Origin: Hypanus sabinus
Taxonomy: Eukaryota
Direction of reading: 5' to 3'
Assembly: GCF_030144855.1 (NCBI RefSeq)
Contig: NC_082722.1
Coordinates: 12,090,001-12,154,000, forward strand
Length of the DNA: 64,000 nucleotides
Shown: piece by piece, positions 13,791 to 24,999 of the stretch
Layout of the letters: each line of letters begins with the position of its first letter
Numbering within the stretch: the stretch's first letter is position 1
Notes under the pieces: generated by a model
What the model was told of the DNA's origin: nothing
The model's database searches: none
The model's input: only the letters and a program-made list of their open reading frames with translations
Translations under genes and position numbers: made by a program

Positions 13791-15029
13791 GTGTACTTTT
13801 TAACCACCGGTCTATCTAGTAAAAGTTAATCCAGAGTACAGTTGACTATTGGATACTGGGCTTTTTCAATATCAAGAAGAAGCACGGGAGATATAAATGT
13901 ACATTATTCCGAAAAAGACTGTGGCGTGTGTCCAGAAGGTTATACACTACAGTCTACGTGTGGATCTGGTAGATGAAAGCTGTTCGATGGTTACTAACCA
14001 AACGGGTTGTGTTGTGCTGGTGATATGGTGATATCGTGATTGTTCCGAATTGTTTAAATGTCTTCGGCTGGACAGTAACATGTACAGTATATTGAAGTGG
14101 CCCAGAAGTCTTCAAATATAAATTGTTCGCCGCAGGTACTCTGGCTTCTGTAGTCATTGCATTTTTGATTCATTTGGCTTAACCAATTAACTTTCGGGCC
14201 AACGCTGTGTGTATTGCTAGCATGGAATATCACCTGTAAACTATTTTTAAACACTCAGCTTCACCTTTGTTCGAGACTGTCATTCTCTGTTAAGTTGTGG
14301 CGTGGAGGTTTCTTGGCACTTTTCGAACAATGCCTGAATGCTGTGTTGGTCTTTTTACACGAAGATATAGAATTTTTCACCAGTTAATCCGTTCACTCCA
14401 TGTGCTGAAAGGCACGTGTATTTAAAATATGCATCAAATTTAATGACAGCTTAATTCAGTGTTAAAGTTAAAGTCCTTATGAGAAATACTCAGCTGGTGA
14501 GGCGATATTTTCCGGGAACTCTTTGCAGACAATCTCTTATGTTGATAATGACCGTTGTTTAGAATGTGGTTATAAACATTGGTTATAAAAGTTTCTCCAT
14601 ATTCCATACTTCACTTCTTCATCCATGGAAATCAAAAATTATAAGCTGCCCATCTATGTTCAGAATATATTGGAGAATAGTGTGCACTGAGATACGTAAA
14701 AAAATCTAAAACACTCTCACCTTGACTTCATTTTTATCTTTTTTGGTTTGAATGTTCCTTCGGCTTTCGAAAATGCGAAAAATATCAGCCAGAAAAAATA
14801 TCATCTTGACATTTCTCTATTCAAGTCCCCGAGAGAATAATTGAACAACATCATCTTTCGTTATTTTGAAATTCTGTAGAGTATAGCCAAATCCGGTTAA
14901 TTCCAATTCACAAAGGGCAGTACCTCATGTCAGTAATCATTCAGACTTGTGCATGCATTTCCGTAGGGCTCTACACTGTTCTATGAAAGAAATTCACTAT
15001 TTAACTGAATAAGGTCTTTTAAATTAAAC

Positions 15030-16090
15030 AAGATGGCGCTCGCGGTGTACGCGATGTTTTGCACAGTTGAAAAACTACGAGATATAAATCTTCTGAACTG
15101 CTCTTGCTGCCATCTGCGATCTGCAACCAACGGGTGAATTCATCAAGAGGTGAAGAATAAGCCACGGGGATGAGTGTGCTCACACAAAGTCGTTCAGAGT
15201 CTTCCCAAACTTTAAGTCCTGGATAAATCAAGAAAGCCGCTATCTGCTGAGGCCTAGGTCGGTTGCGTTCAGGAACGGCAACGCAGGAAAGTAAAAGAGG
15301 TTCAGATATGATTTTCCGAAAGCTACCTCACATGCACCGGACCAAACGAATTTCAGAAGGATTCTCGATAGCAGTGGCAGGACTTGAATGCCAACCCAAT
15401 ATCAAAACCAGCAACATTAGTGACAACAATGTTTCGCACCCAGATTAGCTTTGACCGACAGAAAACGGAGGAACCTTCAGACAATCTCACAGCTCCCGAA
15501 AAACTTATGATCTCTGTTTCTGAGGACAAAGAGAATACATCCTTGAGGAGTGTGAACCCGCAGAAAGCATCTGGCTCAGACAGTATAACTGACTGAGTAC
15601 TGAATACCTGTGATAAATAGGAGGTTGGAGCGTCCACTGATATCTTCAATTTCTTGTTTCGGCAGTCTGGGGTATCTACCTGCTTCAAGCAGGCTTTAAA
15701 CAAACTGGTAATCATGAAGACCGTGATAACCTGCCTCAATGAATATCGTCCAGAAGCACTTGCATTAACTGTGATGACGTGCCTTGAGAGGTTGATCATG
15801 AAACATACTAACTCTTGTCTGAAGAATGACTTATCTCCGCTCCAAATTTTCCACCTTCACAGCAGATTAAAATTAGATGCCGTGTCACCGGCTCTTCATT
15901 TAGCCCTGGAACACCAAGACAATGAAAATGCATATATCAGGATGCTCATTATTGACTACAGTTCTTTATTCAACATCATTCCCTTGAACCTAACTATCAA
16001 ATTCCATGACCTAAGCCTCGAAGCCTCCTTGTGCAACAGGATCCTCGATTTCCTCACTTGCACACACCAGTTAGTGTGGATTGGAAACAA
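15030..16090 (+). mobile_element. Internally deleted Rex1/Babar LINE (paralogous remnant about 48895-49380)
   Basis: CLNEYRPEALALTVMTCLERL, AYIRMLIIDYSSLFNII, SLCNRILDFLT. Confidence 0.75.
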
Positions 16091-16564
16091 TCATTTCAAT
16101 TACATTTTACTTCCTTAGTAAGTAATAGGGCTAGGTAAGATCATCCCCCTCAAATAGTTCCGTTTGCGTCGTGAAAGTGCCAGTCTCGAAAAGTGTGCCG
16201 CCAAGTCAAACTGAGTAATCCAATCTTCTGTGGGAGCGTTATTTTCGAATATATGAAGTTATTATTGGAAAACACTTCAAACACCTTTGAAACTTCGTAT
16301 TGATACATCCACATAAACTAAAATCTATTTAATTTCCATTTATGCTACAATTACGCCAGTGCCAACACAGTTCAGTGTAATACAATGATAGCTACAGAGC
16401 AATACCTTGTCGTAAATATTATGCTGTAGATTGGAAGTGGGGACGCCAGAATAGCACTTCCCTAAATTCAGAATACGAGCGTTTCATTAATGTTTTCCCT
16501 TCATATGACAATGTACAGCACGGTATTAATTTTGCATAAAGGGCATTACGTAACGTTCAAACTT

Positions 16565-17610
16565 TTTTTCCCTCACTTTTTAAGAACTTTAATTGAACAC
16601 AAACAAAAACAGAAACACTAAACATATGCTAACAAAGCCAGGGAATCACACAAAAGCAGCAACAAATATATAACTATTAACTTCAAATATACAAATAAAC
16701 AAGAAAATGCACTCTAAATGCTGTTGGACAGAAAGAACTATACCTAAAAGGAGACACAAAACAGAAACATTTACAGAGATAACCCGAAACGTTGTTAAAT
16801 TTGTACAGTCTTTACAGCTTTCTGGTTATGGGATGTTTTCAGAGTATTAACCTATAGTTTGAAGTCTGACGTAAAATATAAATGAAGGTTTCTTATTGCT
16901 GTATTTGCAATTATGGATATAAAATTTGCTGTAGAAACAAAAGTTTTATGATAAATAAGTGATCACTTTGAGATTTGGTATTATTAGTAAACCCAAATAA
17001 GACATTTTCAAAACAAAAGGTAAAATCCACATTAATGTATTGATCTATAAATTGACAAACGTCAACCCAAAATGTTTTAACACATTCACAATCCCAAAAC
17101 AGATGAAATAAATCCTCTGGATATAAACCACAAAAAGAACAGTTAGTTTCAATATCAGAGTTAAACCTTGTCAAATAAACATCGGTGGATAATAGCTATG
17201 TATAATTTTAAATTAAATTTCTTTAATTTTATTCCTCAATAAAAAATTATTAAATAAGCCGTAAATACTCCTCCACCGCAGATTCCCCAAGCGACTATTC
17301 CAGCCATAGGAATAGAAGAAATGTCTTTTTGAAACAAACTTCTAATACCTCTATTATTTTTTTTAAAAGACTCAGAAAAACAAATCTTTCCTACAGCTGT
17401 ACTGGATGGATCCAAGTTGGGCAATTCAACTACCAATTATGATGTATTTCTAAACAACATAATTACACCAGAGGGAATTGCATCCATAACAACAGCAAAT
17501 TCTTTCGGAGTCACAGGAAATTCAAAGGTGGATAAAAACTCAGTATAATATTAATATTGATAATATTATCAAACCAATCCTTATAAAACAAAGATTTATT
17601 CTTATACGTT
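16565..17610 (-). mobile_element. Tx1/L1 3' fragment specific to duplicon 1
   Basis: CSFC...EDLFHLFWDC zinc-binding motif; A-rich tail at the left end; absent from duplicon 2. Confidence 0.8.
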
Positions 17611-17944
17611 CAAAGTGTTGTTTCTGTTGTAATTAGATAACACAATATTTACGTGTAATAATCAAATATGAACAAGCTGTAAACCATTATCTTGCCTCAA
17701 TATATCCAACTTTTCCTGCAAAAAAATCGTATTAATATTCAAGCATTACATGATGAATCTGGAATTTGGTTCAGTAGTCGACTATGAATCATGCGTTCTT
17801 AAATTACCCGTAACGGAATAGGACAATATTCCGGCAATGTTATATATTGTACATAATTTTAAAATGAATAATATTATATAAAATACCAAACTGGGAGCCA
17901 ACTGAATCTCCGAAAGGTTTTTGCTGATGTTTTGCTTTGCAATT

Positions 17945-18610
17945 ATTGAATTGAATTGACTTTATTCCTTACATCTTTTATATACGAGGAGTAAAAATAT
18001 TTACGTCTCCGTCTAAATGAGCAACGTGCAATTTATAGTAATTTACAATAAATAGGGTCGTCAATATAACATAGAAATGCAGTTATATAAGCATGAGTTA
18101 AGAAATCTGATGGCCTTCTAGAAGAAGCAGTCCTGGAACCTGTTCGTCCTGGCTTTTATGCTGCGGTATCGTTTCCCGGATGATAGCCGCTGGAACAGTT
18201 TGTGGTTGCGGTGATTTGGGTCCCCACTGATCCTACAGGCCCTTTTCATACACCTGACTTTGTAACTGTCCTTAATAGTGGGAAGTTTAAATGTACAGAT
18301 GCTGAGCTGTCCGCACCACACTCTGCAGTCCTGCAATTGAGGGAAGTACCGTTCCCGTTCCAGACAGTGATGCAGCCAGTCAGGATGCTCTCAGTAGAAA
18401 ATTATTAGGATCTGGGGGGATCCATACCAGACTTCTTCAAACGTATCAGGGGAAAGAAGAGCTGTTATGCCATTTTCACCACACAGCCAGTATGGACAGC
18501 CCACGTGAAATCCTCGGTGCTGTTTATGCCGAGGAACTTAAAGCTGTTCAACCTCTGAACCCTAGATTCATTGATGTCAATAAGGATATATTCCAGATTG
18601 TGCGCACTCG
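17945..18610 (-). mobile_element. Rex1/Babar 3' fragment specific to duplicon 1
   Basis: FKFLGI...W and GKRYRSIKARTNRF.D.FF; 3' tail aataaagtcaattcaattcaa on the minus strand. Confidence 0.8.
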
Positions 18611-19400
18611 TCTTCTGGACAACAAACAGCCCAAAAGATGTTGCTCTCAGCGGTTTGCTGCTATAGAGTTTTCCCAATGTCCATCCGTACATATTTGAAG
18701 GAACTTTCGATGTAGTGGGTATACTGTAAACGAGTTTGTTGCATTCTGTGTCATAGTTCCCATTGTGTTATCATGATTACTCCCTAGTCACCATTAAGTA
18801 CCGATGAAGAAATAATGCTGCATCATTCGTGGTGGTTAGTTGAGATGATTTTCCCTTTCTTGAACAACGCCACAACTTACTATATTCCATCCTGCAATTC
18901 GTTAGTATGAATCTATCCCTCCCAACTCCGGGGACGTATCTATCCTAACGTTCTTCTTTAGTTCGAACAATCTCTCTTTTCAAACTCGACACGGTCCAGA
19001 AAAATTGTCTCCACAACGCAGACAGCATATTCACAATTATTATAAAAGTCCTTGGATGTGCAAAGGTCGTGAAGATTTGGATTTATAGATCCGTACAGAA
19101 AGTCATGCTAAAATTTGATTAAGGAAGATTCAAAACCTTGTGACATTTCCACTATTTCTACATCTTCCATTATCAGTGAAACAACGTGTGTGTTAGTAAA
19201 GAGAGTAGCAATAAAAATCGAATTATTACATGCATTATTACCCGTAGTCTGGTAAGTCACTGTCTTACGAATCGATTGCTGTAACTACAGCACCCCATTC
19301 AACGACAGGATATGAATCATCCTTTATAGAATGCAAACCACTTACTCACTCTCCGATGGAAGTCGTCCATCTACGGACTCAGTTTCATCTGTTCGGCAGA

Positions 19401-19449
19401 ATGTCAAGTATGTTGCTCCTCCTGGCAGTCAGTGGGAACATTTACATAG
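19401..19449 (+). CDS. Gene A exon 1, signal peptide MSSMLLLLAVSGNIYI
   Basis: ATG at 19401, hydrophobic LLLLAV, 49-nt phase-1 exon followed by GTACAG, as typical of IgSF leader exons. Confidence 0.8.
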
Positions 19450-22400
19450 GTACAGCTTTATTCATTTTCTACCTTTATAATGCATCAATCAATCAATCTC
19501 CGGGTAGCTTCCATGATATTTGATGTAACTGTGATTCAGGGTTACAGTCCGTCACATTTATTAAAATACATTTCATTGATGATTTAACCAACCTAACTTT
19601 TCCTTGACAGCAGCGGATCAAACTACGTTCAAGGTAACTCAATCGCCCGAAGAAGCGGTTGTATCCAAAGGAGGGAACGTCACGTTCTACTGCTTATTGC
19701 CCATTTCTCAGGATCAATCCTGGACGAAAGTCCAATGGTGGAAACAGGGCGAGAATAATTACCAACGGACAGGCATCGACATCAGAAAAAAATCTGGTCT
19801 GAGAGGTAAAATGACTTGGTACTTTGAATTGCAACATGTAATGATCCAAGATTCTGGACGGTATTTCTGTTCAGTGACCCGCAAAGGACTGTCTGCAAGA
19901 AATGGAACTGGTTCGCTACTAAAAGTGCATGGTAAGTTAAATTAATAGGCAAATAAATTATCCATTAACTATAAAGAATATAACACGCCAAGAAACAGGC
20001 GCTTATGAAGATATTCTTTATCATTCATTGTCCATGTTATGCTGCAGGACTAAGTTCAATCGCTCTATCCACTCTCTGCGAATACAAGAGGGTCCGAAGG
20101 GTTGCAAAGAATCACCATACCCACAGAATATGCCACAATCTTCAGTCTGTTCTCTATCACTAGCATCCAGAGATGACACGTTACTATTCTAATCCTTATT
20201 ACTTCATGGTTTTCCATAGATCTGTGAAACAGAAAAATCTGTCTGTGAATTTAGAAGAGTGATGCTATTTGGAGAATCGTTTGATTATAGCGGATTAAAT
20301 CGTGAAGGGTTGCCAAATTAGGATATAATCCTTCCAATAGTAGTGGCCGCAAGTATGGGTAATCAAGTATGAAAAATCTGCAAATCATTACTAAAATCTC
20401 TCAGCATCTCCATTTTTTGAAGATAGTGCTTAAAATATCACAAATTTCAAAATTTGGATAACCTTTGATCTGTTCCCTTGTGGCACTTTATTTCTCCCTC
20501 CACTGATTGTTTTTCAAAAAGGCTTATGCGAAACGCAATGGATATAATTTCCTGGATAAATTTGTTACACGATATTCGTTCTTGTTTTTTTGTTTTGGAA
20601 TTGAATAATAAGAATTAGCGTTGCATGTTATAAAATCAAATCATAAGTCCTAAAGTAAATTAGACAGTCCACTTGCTTAAGTCCGGAAAGATATATTCAA
20701 AAATGACATGTTGCAAAATCTCTCACCTTAAAACACCTTTGAGCAAACACGGGGTCTGTCTTGAATGCTGTTTAGAGCCATGCAGAGTTATACAAGGCAG
20801 AAAAAGACTCATCAGTCGAAAACGTCCATGCTTCTTTTTGTCCATCTGCACAAATCTCCATAAGGTTAGGCCTCAACTTTCAATACCTTACATTAATACG
20901 GCCTGTCCAAATGCCTCCTAAACTTATAACTGTATCTGATCCCACCAGCCCTTTGGTTTTGAGTTCCTCTCTGATCTCTTCCAAATCCCTTTCAAAATTC
21001 TCTTCTTCCTTCCAGAAATAACCTATTTGCTTCTGATACGCCTAGCACTGAATAAACAGTGTAGCTATCCTACCGCTCTCTGCTTTATTTTACTTTATAT
21101 TTTTTAGTATTAGTTTAGCCTCAGGCCCCTTCGTTCTGAGGAAACAAAGATATCTTCTCTCCACATAACTATATTCCTTCCAATACAAGAAAAAAAACAG
21201 TGAATCTTCCCTACTCCCTTCGGCAAAATACATCGTTCTTATATTGTGCACACCAGACTGTTAGGAATAATCCTAACGTTATTTAACGGGTCTGAAATAA
21301 CACTTCATACAATATTCCATATTTCATATTCTATCTGCTTACCTATAAAAGTAAACTTCCTGTGCTTAATTAACGGAATGTATTTCACTATCGCAACATC
21401 ATCTAACTTTTTTTTTCACCATCTGTTCCGCAGCAGATCCAAATCCATTGAAGATTTTCGCGAAATGGAATTCAGCTACAACTTTCATTATCGTGTGTGA
21501 AACATCTGCCTTTTATCCCAAGAATTTCTCGCTTACTTGGTATAAAAATGGCATTGAAATAACATTGGGCGTACAGACCAAGGTAAGGAAGGACACCGAG
21601 GGACTTTATGTGGTTTCGAGCAACTTGAATGAGATACAGACGGTCCAGAACGACACAAATTATACCTGTTTGGTGTCTCACGTCTCCCTCAATACTTCAG
21701 CGGTAGCAGTCTATTCTATTTCCAAATCTAACCAAGGTACGAGGACACTTCTTGTTAATTTATCAAACATACATACAATATATTACCACTATTTGTTAGT
21801 GGTCGTGAGGAAAATTCACCTTAATTCATTGTAATTGTTAAGTACAGCATTAGATGGAAGGTTTTTGTTATTAAATATGGAATTTCATGTGTTGCACAAC
21901 AGACAGCAACAGAAGATTTGTAATATAACTGTAGTTTACATCTACTTTTCAGTATGTTTTATAAAATTGGGAAACAAGTTTATTTATTTTAACAATTTGC
22001 ATTTCCTCTTATGTGCATTGATGTTTCCTCTGCGTAACATTTGTAAACCAGAATTTCATTCTTTACTAGTGAAACCGTCCTCTTATTTGTACTGTTAGCA
22101 AAAATCTTCGTTTTACCCAGAGCTTCCAACAGTTTTCTACCCTGACCATGTTGGATCTCCCANNNNNNNNNNNNNNNNNNNNNNNNNNNNNNNNNNNNNN
22201 NNNNNNNNNNNNNNNNNNNNNNNNNNNNNNNNNNNNNNNNNNNNNNNNNNNNNNNNNNNNNNNNNNNNNNNNNNNNNNNNNNNNNNNNNNNNNNNNNNNN
22301 NNNNNNNNNNNNNNNNNNGTTCACTAGGACTGCCACTTATGCAAGTTTCCAATATATATTATATATATTTCTAAATTGCTACCCTTTGAAAATAAATTGA

Positions 22401-24059
22401 AAGCTACTTAAAGCAAGGTATAAGTTAATAAATTTTCAATCTTCGGCTGGTAAAATTTTTTTAGACTTTGGAAGTTATTTCCAATTCACCCATAAACTTA
22501 TCACATACAATCGAGCAGCCTTGAGTTACATGGCTGAGATCAATTCTACACAATTCCTCTGTCCAATATAATAATAACGCTTTTCGTTTTATATTCTTTT
22601 CTCGTATTTTAATCTATTCTATATTGCGGACTTATTCGCTTATTTATACATTCCAACGCCACCATCAGCACAAACACCAGGAACCACCTTACACCTCCTC
22701 CCAAAAAACAGAGTTATGTATTTACTTCGCAGTTTTTCATAACGTATATTCCTACAACCTCCAGGTTCCTCTGTCAAAACTCTTTCCCCCTGGGTTCCCC
22801 GTTCTGCAATGGGCGGACTGTCGTTTCTACTGCTAACGATCGCCATTGGGACTCAGTGCAGAAAGCAGGGAAGTAAGGGTAAGATTTAAAGAACATTTTC
22901 CAAATACACAAGCAGGACAAAAGAACTATTTCAGCGTCTTCTTTCGGTACCGCACAATCGTCACTGGCGTTTCTATAATTGAAACTGCGGTTTCAATGTC
23001 TAGCCTACGTATTTCAGATATTAAACAGAATCTAGGCATTCTGTTCTCTGCCAGAAACTGAGGGAAAAAAGACATTGACTGATCCGTACCAATACCAAAA
23101 TGTTGAAGGATCATCTGGAAATTCGGTGTGAGCACCTCACACCTATATATGGCAGCACGTAGAAACGACGAAAACTGATAGAACGAACAACGACAATAAA
23201 ACCCATTTACTCCCTCAGCCCATATCCCTCTGCCCAACCAGCGGCAGAGTCTTCGCAATCCACATTAATTTATTTGATAAATTACAAAATGGGGAAATGG
23301 GGAAAATGTCATCCCGATCCAAACAGATTGACCATAAATGCAAATGTCGGGTATGTTTATACATTTTAGGAATATAAACGGAAGGAAGCTGCTCAGTCGT
23401 GTATGCAAGACTATGTCGTCGAAGTTAATTATCTATTCCCATTCTCTCGCCATGTATTCCGTTGGTATCCCAAACGATTACTTTCATTTCTGGAACAAGA
23501 AAGTGCGATCGGTGAAAGCAAAAGATGCTTGGAATTTTCAGCGCAATTTCTACCGACTCATATAGATAGAGAACATTCAGCCTACTGTGCTTTTTTGCTT
23601 GCCCTCACTCGATTTTTCGATCTAATTTATTCCCCAGTAATAAGGAAGTCCCATGATTCCCATTCACTTCAGGAAAGTTAGAGTTATCATTTCACTTAAC
23701 TTGTATGACTATGGATGTGAGGACTTTAGGGCACCTGAGCCAAACACAAGCGATTACTTGGAGGATTTGGAAGTATTTGAGATCACAATCGCATCGTGAT
23801 CGCAGGTAGTGTGTAGCAATAAAATTACTATTACGCCATGTGACATATTGGGCTTAACCTATTATATAAGTGTCTTTAGCATAAGAGATTTTGCGAATGC
23901 TGCAATTTGTGTGTTACTATATTTTTTACAATCATTTTTTTTTATCAATCCCTCCAATGGTGCTGCATTTTCATGTCATATTTCCTTCCAGGTAAAGAAG
24001 AATGCCTTACGGAAGCGAATCAACGTGAGGTTTGTTCATGCATTCATTTACTTCCATAA
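19401..24059 (+). CDS. Gene A: multi-exon type I Ig-superfamily receptor (leader-VJ-C1-TM with Arg-short Tyr-free tail), putative activating member; predicted about 284 aa. Exons 19401-19449, 19611-19931, 21434-21736, 22765-22878, 23992-24059
   Basis: All internal junctions are GT-AG and phase 1; exon lengths 49+321+303+114+68 = 855 nt keep one open frame. An N gap (22163-22318) lies in the C1-TM intron. The terminal exon choice is inferred. Confidence 0.8.
19611..19931 (+). CDS. Gene A exon 2, V-set Ig domain with germline J-like G strand
   Basis: Acceptor ttttccttgacag, donor CATG|GTAAGT. Translation has VTQSP, TFYC, VQWWKQ, DSGRYFC and NGTGSLLKV. Confidence 0.93.
21434..21736 (+). CDS. 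Gene A exon 3, C1-set Ig domain
   Basis: Acceptor ctgttccgcag, donor CAAG|GTACGA. Motifs C-ETSAFYPKNFSLTWYKNG, GLYVVSS-L and YTCLVSH match the C1-set FYP...W and CxVxH hallmarks. Confidence 0.93.
22163..22318. other. Assembly gap (156 N) in the gene A C1-TM intron
   Basis: Run of N; the flanks are collinear with the paralogous introns, which carry CA repeats at this position. Confidence 0.99.
22765..22878 (+). CDS. Gene A exon 4, stalk and TM: GSSVKTLSPWVPRSAMGGLSFLLLTIAIGTQCRKQGSK
   Basis: Acceptor cctccag, donor AAGG|GTAAGA. Same 114-nt length as the gene B TM exon. Arg codon CGT at 22800-22802. Confidence 0.85.
23992..24059 (+). CDS. Gene A probable terminal coding exon, tail GKEECLTEANQREVCSCIHLLP-stop
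   Basis: Acceptor tttccttccag; homologous to the gene B micro-exon 57987-58024. Read-through stop TAA at 24057-24059, followed by AATAAA at 24073. Confidence 0.6.
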
Positions 24060-24072
24060 ATTGTGGCCATTC

Positions 24073-24078
24073 AATAAA
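24073..24078 (+). terminator. Candidate polyadenylation signal of gene A
   Basis: AATAAA 14 nt after the stop codon; the paralogous site in gene B reads AATGGA. Confidence 0.5.
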
Positions 24079-24999
24079 TGACATGAGCTTGACAGAATTA
24101 ATGGCAGTCACAATGTACGATTCAAATCGTGTTAGGAAATGTAGTTGGTATTAACTTATTTAGTTATGCATTACTTAATATGCACTTAAATGACGTAAGC
24201 TAAATTATCTCTTGTCTTGAAAATATACTCTGATAATTTCTGTAATCATTATTTCGTACTCAAGAGAATCAATTTAGTTTTTCGATCTGTTATGAAGTTT
24301 TAAAACATTCATTTAAGACCAACACTGACATGCGGGAGGACACTGGGAAGCTTAAAGAAACACATACTATTACTCTGATGATGTGGAAACTCTTGAGATT
24401 ATAATTGAACCGAGATCGCTGGAATTGTGACGGAATCAGATAACTATTACGCACCATATCACATTGCGCTTAAACCAGACAGACTGTCAATTACTTTAGA
24501 ACAAAATATTCTGCAGATGCTGCAATTTGTGTGCTGGTATAAATATCTTTGTAAGCATTGCGTTAACAATTCCGTCGATTGTGCTATGCTTTCATGTAAT
24601 TATATTTCGTTCCAGGTAAAAAGCGCCATACGCGTTTGACGTTGCGCCTTTTCGTCCTGGAGTATTCTTATGTCTGCTGAAATCCATTGCGGCGTAATGA
24701 ATTATCACAGCTTCCGTTTTCTATATGGTTTGGGACGTATGGCTGCTTATCATGATTTCGTCAGTATAATTATCAAATTTTATACAGTTTTAATTAAAGT
24801 GGAGATATAGAATAATACTTGTATAATTATACATATAACTGCGAATGCTGACGCAATGCGACCACCATGCAAACATTTAAACATGAGGTAGATAGAGTCG
24901 TACAGAAATCCTTTTGCACGTTGACCTTCATAATTAAAGAATTGAGTGCGGGAGATGAGATCTCTTCATTAACCTTTCATTCCCTAGCCCTGACTGCCT

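Larger units (their letters stand above)
11000..24330 (+). repeat. Segmental duplicon copy 1 (about 8 kb upstream region plus gene A)
   Basis: Collinear homology to about 44940-59890, including shared Rex1 and Penelope fossils and unique non-coding blocks; boundaries approximate. Confidence 0.85.

Noticed and set aside
15029-15045. AAGATGGCG YY1-like motif, retained with one substitution at about 48897, as a possible gene promoter
   Set aside because: It more likely marks the 5' end of the shared Rex1-type relic and lies over 4 kb from the ATG of gene A.
19611-20000. Possible rearranging TCR/Ig V segment with RSS
   Set aside because: The exon already includes the J-like strand and ends in a GT donor; no CACAGTG heptamer follows the second Cys.
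20673-20921. 82-aa ORF conserved at 52714-52962
   Set aside because: It is intronic and lies inside the homogenised tract, so its conservation reflects recent conversion rather than coding constraint.
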